The translations under genes and the position numbers were made by a program. DNA of 64,000 nucleotides, from contig NC_042997.1 in NCBI RefSeq assembly GCF_006345805.1, positions 38,130,001 through 38,194,000 of the forward strand, given 5' to 3'. Shown piece after piece: positions 54,469 to 64,000 of this stretch. The notes below the pieces were generated by a model. The model saw only the letters and a program-made list of their open reading frames with translations. It was not told where the DNA came from and did no database searches. The DNA is from Octopus sinensis (lineage: Eukaryota). Within the stretch, counting starts at the first letter, position 1; the number at the start of each line of letters is the position of its first letter.

Positions 54469-54493
54469 TATATATTATATATATATATATATA

Positions 54494-54527
<34 letters not shown>

Positions 54528-54529
<2 letters not shown>

Positions 54530-56159
54530 TATAATTATTTTTTTATTCTATCGCAATTGATTTGTTTACATATTTCTCGATAAATTATGAGCGCCAGGCG
54601 ATTATACCAGAATTCCCTAGTGTTGTCGGGACGTTCGGAGTCTGCGCAGTGATATGATTAGTTAGGAAGAGTAACTCACTAGACGCACATGCTTCTAGTG
54701 AGTTAGGATCCCAGAAAAACAGGGTCTCACTGATGAATTCTCCCTGGGCAAATAAATTATCTTGTTTGCTGAATTAGAAAGAAACTGCAGTCTGAGAATT
54801 TTCCGGTTTAGTAAATTTTTTATCTTCATTTCACTTAATTTATCAAACTTCTGTATTCCTAGCACATTTCGCCTTAATGTACTGATATATGAAAAATATA
54901 TGGCTTGTGTTAGTAATACCAGCGATTATAATTATTTTTTTATTCTATCGCAATTTGATTTGTTTACATATTTCTCGATAAATTATGAGCGCCAGGCGAT
55001 ATACCAGAATTCCCTAGTGTTGTCGGACGTTCGGAGTCTGCGCAGTGATATGATTAGTTAGGAAGAGTAACTCACTAGACGCACATGCTTCTAGTGAGTT
55101 AGGATCCCAGAAAAACAGGGTCTCACTGATGAATTCTCCCTGGGCAAATAAATTATCTTGTTGCTGAATTAGAAAGAAACTGCACAGTCTGAGAATTTTC
55201 CGGTTTAGTAAATGTTTTTATCTTCATTTCACTTATTTATCAAGCTTCTGTATTCCTAGCACATATTTCGCCTTAATGTACTGATATATGAAAAATATAT
55301 GGCTTGTGTTAGTAATACCAGCGATTATAATTATTTTTTTATTCTATCGCAATTTGATTTGTTACATATTTCTCGATAAATTATGAGCGCCGGCGATATA
55401 CCAGAATCCCTAGTGTTGTCGGGACGTCGGAGTCGGAGTTGCGCAGTGATATGATTAGTTAGGAAGAGTAACTCACTAGACGCACATGCTTCTAGTGAGT
55501 TAGGATCCAGAAAAACAGGGTCTCACTGATGAATTCTCCCTGGGCAAATAATTATCTTGTTTGCTGAATTAGAAAGAAACTGCAGTCTGAGATTTCCGGT
55601 TAGTTTAGTAAATGTTTTTATCTTCATTTCACTTAATTATCAAGCTTCTGTATTCCTAGCACATATTTCGCCTTAATGTACTGATATATGAAAAATATAT
55701 GGCTTGTGTTGTAATACCAGCGATTATAATTATTTTTTTATTCTATCGCAATTTGATTTGTTTACATATTTCTCGATAAATTATGAGCGCCAGGCGATAT
55801 ACCAGAATTCCCTAGTGTTGTCGGACGTCGGAGTCTGCGCAGTGATATGATTAGTTAGGAAGAGTAACTCACTAGACGCACATGCTTCTAGTGAGTTAGG
55901 ATCCCAGAAAAAAACAGGGTCTCACTGATGAATTCTCCCTGGGCAAATAAATTATCTTGTTTGCTGAATTAGAAAGAAACTGCAGTCTGAGAATTTTCCG
56001 GTTTAGTAAATGTTTTATCTTCATTTCACTTAATTTATCAAGCTTCTGTATTCCTAGCACATATTTCGCCTTAATGTACTGATATATGAAAAATATATGG
56101 CTTGTGTTAGTAATACCAGCATTATAATTATTTTTTTATTCTATCGCAATTTGATTTGT

Positions 56160-56162
<3 letters not shown>
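54528..56162 (+). mobile_element. Array C: 4.1 tandem ~398-bp monomers, each with a type I hammerhead ribozyme
   Basis: Monomer starts at about 54528, 54925, 55324, 55723 and 56121. (TA)n on both sides. No evident homology to A/B outside the HHR core. Confidence 0.85.
54725..54797 (+). ncRNA. Type I hammerhead ribozyme with extended stem II (array C; further copies at 55121-55194, 55521-55592, 55920-55992)
   Basis: tctca-CTGATGA-a-ttct..[ggcaaataa attatc ttgtttgct]..agaa-a-GAAA-ctgcag-TC-tgaga. Palindromic stem III, GUC triplet, predicted cut after 54792. Confidence 0.8.
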
Positions 56163-56219
<57 letters not shown>

Positions 56220-56236
56220 GTATGTATGTATGTATG

Positions 56237-56275
<39 letters not shown>

Positions 56276-56287
56276 TATATATACATA

Positions 56288-56322
<35 letters not shown>

Positions 56323-57213
56323 AGTATGTATGTATGTATGTATTAATAAATAAATATCCTTGTTGATAAATACCCACAAATACACACATAGAAAGAGAAA
56401 TGGAGGCATACCTCAAGTTACGACATTTCGAGTTCCGCTATTTTCGACTTTACTTCGATCTCGACGAGTATATCTAAACATGTAAAAATATAAAAAAAAA
56501 AAACACCTAAATACCAATACTGAAATATAAAATACAATACAACACATGTGAAGATATGTAGAAATCATTTATCAAAACAGATATAAACCGATAAAATCTT
56601 TAAAAAGGTTTTTTCCGGTCAGATCGTTTTTTTCAAATTAAGTGTATGACAATTACTGACGTAAAGTGAGGAATTCTTGTATAAGTTTCTTTATATACCG
56701 CTTGATGATGTAGAATGAATGTTCATTTCGTATGACGTGGTCTATTTATTCTCTGTCTATTCACTCTTATCAGCGACACCATCCACATTATCCTACACTG
56801 CCTAATTTTTCGACAGAATAAACGGACACCAGAGGAAAAAAAAAACGTGTGTTTTGAAGAAAAAGTATCAACAACTTCAAACACGTTTGTATTTGTACCT
56901 GTATTTGCGTGTGCGTATGTGCGTATATGAGTGTGTTTATCCTTATGCATGTTTGAATTCATATGTATTTTCGCGCACACACACATGTCTATTGGTGTGT
57001 GGGAATGTGTTGATTGCGTATGTGCGCTTGTGTGTATGTACGTTTATGATATTATATATGTGCATAGGTAGTAATGTATACCAGTGTAGCAGCCTGTATA
57101 AATTACAATGTGTGTACGTTTGTTAGGTAGTGTGTGCCCGAGCGTGTGCATTTTTGTGATATATATTAATATGTATACATATATATATACTATATATATA
57201 TATATATATATAT

Positions 57214-57446
57214 ATTTCTTTACTACCCACAAGGGGCTAAATACAGAGGGGACAAACAAGGACAGACAAACGTATTAAGTCGATTATATCGACCCCAGTG
57301 CATAACTGGTACTTAATTTATCGACACCGAAAGGGAAGGAAAAGCAAAGTCGACCACGGCGGAATTGGAACTCAGAACGTAACGGCAGATGAAATACGGC
57401 TACGCATTTCGCCGGCGTGCTAACGTTTCTGCCAGCTCACCGCCTT
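57214..57446 (-). mobile_element. Family M SINE within the 1.5-kb unit
   Basis: Full-length match to 15493-15723. Confidence 0.9.
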
Positions 57447-57470
57447 AAATATATATATATATATACATAT

Positions 57471-57507
<37 letters not shown>

Positions 57508-57560
57508 AATTATATATACATACATACATACATACCTATATATATAATATATATATATAT

Positions 57561-57685
57561 AATTTATTATAGAAGGAGCTTCTACAGGACTAGAACTGTT
57601 TCATTCATTGAAATCATCAGGACTGATGATTTCATTTGAATGAAACAGTTCTAGTCCTGTAGAAGCTCCTTCTATAAAATAAATT
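57561..57685. repeat. Near-perfect ~125-bp palindrome made of two back-to-back hammerhead cores
   Basis: agaaggagcttctacaggactagaactgtttcattca.tgaaatcatcag-ga-ctgatgatttca.ttgaatgaaacagttctagtcctgtagaagctccttct. Confidence 0.85.
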
Positions 57686-57771
57686 AATTAATTTACTCTG
57701 CTATGTATTGAGTACCTATTTACTGTAGTTAACCCCGACTCAACCCGCGACCTACATATATGTATATATAT

Positions 57772-57821
<50 letters not shown>

Positions 57822-58688
57822 ATATATTATATATATATAATTATGTATGTATTAATAAGTAAATATCCTTGTTGATAAATATCCACAAATACACACATAG
57901 AAAGAGAAATGGAGGCATACGTCAAGTTACGAACTTTCGAGTTCCGCTATTTTCGACTTTACTTCGATCTCGGCGAGTATATCTAAACATATAAATATAT
58001 TTAAAAAAACCCACCTGAATACCAATACTGAAATATAAAATACAATACAATACATGTGAAGATATGTAGAAATCATTCATTAAAAACATATATAATCCAA
58101 TAAAATGTTTAGAAAGGTTTTTTCCGTCGAGATCGTTTTTCAAATGAAGTGTATGACTTGGAAACAATTACTGACGTAAAGTGAGGAATTCTTGTATATG
58201 CTGTTTATATACCGCTTGATGATGTAGAATGAATGTTCATTTCGTTTCTATGACTGGTCTATTTATTCTCTATTTATTCACTCTTATCAACGACACATCC
58301 ACATTATTCTACACTGCCTAATTTTTCGACAGATAAACGGACACCAGAGGGGAAAAAAACCTGTGTTTTGAAGAAAAAGTGTCAACAACTTCAAACACGT
58401 TTGTATTTGTACTTGCGTTTGCGTGTGCGTATGTGCGTATATGAGTGTGTTTCTCCTTATGCATGTTTGAATTCATATGTATTTTCGCACACACACACAT
58501 GTCTATTGGTGTGTGGGAATGTGTTGATTGCGTATGTGCGCTTGTGTGTATATACGTTTATGATATTATATATGTGCATAGGTAGTAATGTATACCAGTG
58601 TAGCAGCCTGTATAAATTACAATGTGTGTACGTTTGTTAGGTAGTGTGTGCCCGAGCGTGTGCATTTTTGTGATATATATTAATATGT

Positions 58689-58726
<38 letters not shown>

Positions 58727-58730
<4 letters not shown>

Positions 58731-58954
58731 CTTTACTACCCACAAGGGGCTAAATACAGAGGGGACAAACAAGGACAGACAAACGTATTAAGTCGATTAT
58801 ATCGACCCCAGTGCATAACTGGTACTTAATTTATCGACACCGAAAGGAGAAAGCAAAGTCGACCACGGCGGAATTGGAACTCAGAACGTAACGGCAGATG
58901 AAATACGGCTACGCATTTCGCCGGCGTGCTAACGTTTCTGCCAGCTCACGCCTT
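58727..58954 (-). mobile_element. Family M SINE within the 1.5-kb unit
   Basis: Full-length match. Confidence 0.9.
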
Positions 58955-58960
58955 AAATAT

Positions 58961-59019
<59 letters not shown>

Positions 59020-59032
59020 TATATATACATAC

Positions 59033-59066
<34 letters not shown>

Positions 59067-59067
<1 letters not shown>

Positions 59068-59194
59068 ATTTATTTTATAGAAGGAGCTTCTACAGGACTA
59101 GAACTGTTTCATTCAATTGAAATCATCAGGACTGATGATTTCATTTGAATGAAACAGTTCTAGTCCTGTAGAAGCTCCTTCTATAAAATAAATT
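59067..59194. repeat. Second copy of the HHR-core palindrome
   Basis: Same sequence as 57561-57685, centre at 59130-59131. Confidence 0.85.
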
Positions 59195-59283
59195 ATTAAT
59201 TTACTCTTGCTATGTATTGAGTACCTTATTTACTGTAGTTAACCCCGACCCCGACTCAACCCCGCCTACATATATGTATATAT

Positions 59284-59355
<72 letters not shown>

Positions 59356-60186
59356 TGTATGTATTAATAAGTAAATATCCTTGTTGATAAATATCCACAA
59401 TACACACATAGAAAGAGAAATGGAGGCATACGTCAAGTTACGACATTTCGAGTTCCGCTATTTTCGACTTTACTTCGATCTCGGCGAGTATATCTAAACA
59501 TATAAAAATATATTTAAAAAAACCCACCTGAATACCAATACTGAAATATAAAATACAATACAATACATGTGAAGATATGTAGAAATCATTCATTAAAAAC
59601 AGATATAATCCAATAAATGTTTAGAAAGGTTTTTTCCGGTCAGATCGTTTTTCAAATGAAGTGTATGACTTGGAAACAATTACTGACGTAAAGTGAGGAA
59701 TTCTTGTATATGCTTGTTTATATACCGCTTGATGATGTAGAATGAATGTTCATTTCGTATGACGTGGTCTATTTATTCTCTATTTATTCACTCTTATCAA
59801 CGACACCATCCACATTATTCTACACTGCCTAATTTTTCGACAGAATAAACGGACACCAGAGGGGAAAAAAAACCTGTGTTTTGAAGAAAAAGTGTCAACA
59901 ACTTCAAACACGTTTGTATTTGTACTTGCGTTTGCGTGTGCGTATGTGCGTATATGAGTGTGTTTCTCCTTATGCATGTTTGAATTCATATGTATTTTCG
60001 CACACACACACATGTCTATTGGTGTGTGGGATTGTGTTGATTGCGTATGTGCGCTTGTGTGTATGTACGTTTATGATATTATATATGTGCATAGGTATTC
60101 CAGTGTAGTAGCCTGTATAATTACATTGTGTGTACGTTTGTTAGGTAGTGTGTGCCCGAGTTTGTGCATTTTTGTGATATATATTA

Positions 60187-60222
<36 letters not shown>

Positions 60223-60226
<4 letters not shown>

Positions 60227-60456
60227 CTTTATTACCCACAATGGGCTAAACACAGAGGGGACAAACAAGGACAGACAAACGGATTAAGTCGATTACATCG
60301 GCCCCAGTGCGTAACTGGTACTTAATTTATCGACTCCGAAAGGATGAAAGGCAAAGTCGGCCACGGCGGAATTTGAACTCAGAATGTAACGGCAAACGAA
60401 ATACGGCTACGCATTTCGCCCGGCGTGCTAACGTTTCTCTGCCAGCTCACCGCATT
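60223..60456 (-). mobile_element. Family M SINE
   Basis: Full-length match. Confidence 0.9.
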
Positions 60457-60581
60457 AAATATATATATATATATATATTGATATACACAAATATAGAGTT
60501 AGAAATATGTATAGGGGTATATATATGTGTGTACATTGTATATATATATATATAATATATATATTATATATATTATATAAT

Positions 60582-60613
<32 letters not shown>

Positions 60614-60641
60614 CTTTATTTTAAGCAGCAGAAAATTCAAC

Positions 60642-60687
60642 AAATCTGTTACTCTGAGTTTCTCGTTGCCGTTCATCAGACAGTTTT
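60642..60687 (-). ncRNA. Solitary type I hammerhead ribozyme next to (TA)n
   Basis: Reverse complement aaa-a-ctgt-CTGATGA-a-cg-GCAA-cg-a-GAAA-ctc-a-gag-TA-acag-a-ttt, GUA triplet. Confidence 0.75.
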
Positions 60688-61830
60688 TGCTAGAATGGAA
60701 CTTATATATTAATTCAATCTATACTCTTACAAACGCTAACCCTTTAAAAAGAAATGGACTTGTTTGATTGGCCCTTTAGAAAAAACGGTCAATCTTCGAG
60801 CGATAAACAAAAAGGTCAAAAATATATGTATATATATATAAAGAAACTTATAAAAATTATAAAAATTATAAAATCCGAGGAAAAAACCGAGGAAAAAACC
60901 TATTGCCGTTAATGAAGACAGTACAAATTAATGCATAGAAATTAAACCTGTTATAAATACTGCAATACATATTTATATTAAAATCCCATATATATATCAA
61001 CATACACAAAAGGATGCGCGTAAACGCCATACATATACAACGTATGAATATGAATCTAAATTATACACATAAAAGCATGTGTACATATATTCACGCAAAC
61101 CGTCTCGCACGCAAGCTAAAATTCATCTATGTAGCAATTCTCATATACTGAGCAAGGAGGGGGAACGAAAGAAAGGGAAAGAGAGAAAAAGGAACGAAGG
61201 AGGGGTGGGGAAAAAACTTGTAGCGATGTTATTGGCATCTATAGAGGCCAGTATACATATACCAGTTTGAATTGATACATATACATACCGTCGTGTGTAT
61301 GCGTGCTTAAGCACAAGCATACGTTCACTTACACATACACAGATACGCATACTTACAAATACATATGCTTTGCTATACACATACTTATATAAACATTCTA
61401 ATTTTGACAACATTGCTTTTTTTTAAAAAAAAAAGAACATTGCTTTTAAAAAATGGGTGCTAATAAAAATATATACGAAAGACATATAAAATAAAATATA
61501 ACATCCTATTTTTGGTCATTTATAAATAATCAAGGTAATATAAATATCAAGGTAATCCTATGCAATACAATAACATGAAAACAAAGTTTGTAGGTTTTTC
61601 CTAATATATATGTAGAAACAATAAGACTTTGCTATAGATCCGTCGTAGCGCTCAAGAGTCAAAATCAAAATCAAAAATCAAAATACAAAATATATACTCT
61701 ATCCATATGGTATATTTATATTCGACATTTTAAATTTAGCCGCGTGCCTACATAAGTTCATTAACTCACTTCTTTGATTCAAAGAATTATTGTCTTTGAA
61801 TAAGATGTGCATTTTCTCTAATAAGCAAAG

Positions 61831-62060
61831 TTCTTTACTACCCACAAGGGGCTAAACACAGAGGGGACAAACAAGGACAGACAAACGGATTAAGTCGATT
61901 ACATCGACCCCAGTGCATAACTGGTACTTGATTTATCGTCCCCGAAATGATGAAAGGCAAAGTCGACCACGGCGGAATTTGAACTCAGAACGTAACGGCA
62001 AACGAAATATGGGTACGCATTTCGCCCGGCGTGCTAACGTTTCTGCCAGCTCACCGCCTT
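61831..62060 (-). mobile_element. Family M SINE
   Basis: Full-length match. Confidence 0.9.
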
Positions 62061-62062
62061 AA

Positions 62063-62113
<51 letters not shown>

Positions 62114-62739
62114 ATTTATATTTTTTTTTATATATATATATATATATATTATGTATGTATGTATTAATAATAAATATCCTTGTTGATAAATACCCACAAT
62201 TACAAACATAGAAAGAGAAAGGAAGGCATACCTCAAGTTACGACATTCGAGTTCCGCTATTTTCGACTTTACTTCGATCTCGGTGAGTATATCTAAACAT
62301 GTAAAAATATTAAAAAAAAAAAACACCTGAATACCAATACCGAAATTTAAAATACAATACAAAACATGTGAAGATATGTAGAAATCATTTATCAAAACAG
62401 ATATAAACCGATAAAATCTTTAAAAAGGTTTTTTCCGGTCAGATCGTTTTTTTCAAATTAAGTGTATGACTTGGAAACAATTACTGACGTAAAGTGAGGA
62501 ATTCTTGTATAAGTTTCTTTATATACCGCTTGATGCTGTAGAATGAATGTTCATTTCGTATGACGTGGTCTATTTATTCTCTGTCTATTCACTCTTATCA
62601 GCGACACCATCCACATTATCCTACACTGCCTAATTTTTCGACAGAATAAACGGACACCAGAGGAAAAAAAAAACGTGTGTTTTGAAGAAAAAGTATCAAC
62701 AATTTCAAACACGTTTGTATTTGTACCTGTATTTGCGTG

Positions 62740-64000
62740 TGTGTATGTGCGTATATGAGTGTGTTTATCCTTCTGAATGTTTGAATTCATATGTACGTGC
62801 GAGCGCACACACACACACACACACAGACGCACACGTAAACACACCTACTCACACATGCACACGCACACACGGGTATTTACTATTTTCGTACAAGTATTGC
62901 CTATTCATTGCATTTCACTTTCTTTTGCTCGTGGTGAGAAAAAACACAGACGACCAGATTCAGTTTCCCACGGTGGATGGAAGCACTCCGTCGGTTACGA
63001 CGACGAGGGTTCCGGTTGATCCGATCAACGGAACAGCCTGCTCGTGAAATTAACGTGTAAGTGGCTGAGCACTCCAAAGACACGTGTACCCTTAACGTAG
63101 TTCTCGGGGATATTCAGCGTGACACAAGAGAGTGGCAAGGCCGGCCCTTTGAAATATAGGTGCAACAGAAACAGGAAGTAAGAGTGAGAGAAAGTTGTGG
63201 TGAAAGAGTACAGCAGGGATCACCAACATCCCTGCCGGAGCCTCGTGGAGCTTTAGGCGTTTTCGCTCAACAAACACACTCAACGCCCGGTTTGGGAATC
63301 GAAACCGCGATCCTACGACCGCGAGTCCGCTGCCCTAACCACTGGGCCATTGCGCCTCCACAGTTTCCCATGGTATAGCTTGTGCAGGTCATCAACCTAA
63401 AAAATGTGTGTATATGAGTGTGATTATCCTTATGCATGTTTGAATTCATATGTACATGGGCCCACACACACACACACACACACACAGATGCACACGTAAA
63501 CACACCTACACACACGTGCACACCACACACACACGGGTATTTACTATTTTCGTACAAGTATTGCCTATTCATAGCATTTCCCTTTCTGCTGCTCGTGGTG
63601 AGAAAAAACACAGACGAACAGATTCAGTTTTCCACGGTATCGCTTTGGCAGGTCATCAACCTCAATAATATGTGCGTATATAAGGTTGTTATCCCTATGC
63701 ATGTTTGAATTCATATGTATTTTCGCACACACACACACACACACGTAAACACACTTACACACACACACGGGTATTTACTATTTCCGTACAAGTATTGCCT
63801 ATTCATTGTATTTCACTTTCTGTTGCACGTGGTGAGAAAAAACAGACGAACACATTCACTTTTCCACGGTATCGCTTTGGCAGGTCATCAACCTCAAAAA
63901 TATGTGCGTATATGAGTGTGTTTTTCCTTATGCATGTTTGAATTCATATGTATTTTCGCACACACACACAGACGCACACGTAAACACACCTACACACACA
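62740..64000. repeat. Minisatellite-like tandem of ~230-265-bp units with internal (AC)n, running off the window end
   Basis: Repeated tgtttgaattcatatgta..acacgggtatttactattt.cgtacaagtattgcctattca..ggcaggtcatcaacct. Confidence 0.85.
62975..63361 (-). mobile_element. tRNA-derived SINE, family R, with target-site duplication
   Basis: Reverse complement head gtggaggcgcaatggcccagtggttagggcagcggactcgcggtcgtaggatcgcggtttcgattccc. TSD cagtttccca(c/t)ggt at 62961-62974 and 63361-63374. Confidence 0.88.

Larger units (their letters stand above)
56340..60460. repeat. About 1.5-kb tandem duplication (2.7 units), with a further diverged partial unit at about 61830-62780
   Basis: Units start taataa(a/g)taaatatccttgttgataaata at about 56344, 57853, 59364 and 62165. 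The first three each include a family M SINE. Confidence 0.9.

Noticed and set aside
43613-56162. Arrays as CRISPR arrays or ordinary centromeric satellites
   Set aside because: There are no unique spacers, the context is eukaryotic, and the conserved HHR fold with A/B covariation explains them better. Satellite-like secondary amplification is still possible.
62975-63361. tRNA gene
   Set aside because: The tRNA-like head runs into a SINE body with a TSD and has no complete cloverleaf. The same holds for the heads of families C and M.

Overview
This is AT-rich, microsatellite-dense eukaryotic DNA. The SINE and LINE content looks cephalopod, probably Octopus (inferred from recall, not from a search). 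I find no intact protein-coding gene. The ORF track consists of microsatellite artefacts, decayed LINE fragments (RTE, L1/Tx1, CR1, R4/Dong) and one ORF repeated only because it lies in a tandem monomer. The main signal is RNA-level. Three tandem arrays embedded in (TA)n tracts carry one type I hammerhead ribozyme (HHR) per monomer: array A at 2.74-4.67 kb (~478-bp monomer), array B at 43.6-50.96 kb (~477 bp, ~15.4 monomers) and array C at 54.5-56.2 kb (~398 bp). A and B are diverged relatives with compensatory base changes in the ribozyme and in other stems. Both have an inverted left arm, and they share one homologous breakpoint. Further HHRs or HHR cores occur at 29.4/29.6, 43.0/51.1, 57.6/59.1 and 60.6 kb, several in inverted pairs and all next to (TA)n. 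Together these fit a set of retrozyme-like elements (circular-RNA-producing, probably mobilised by Penelope-like elements). Structures were folded by eye and no cleavage activity has been shown.
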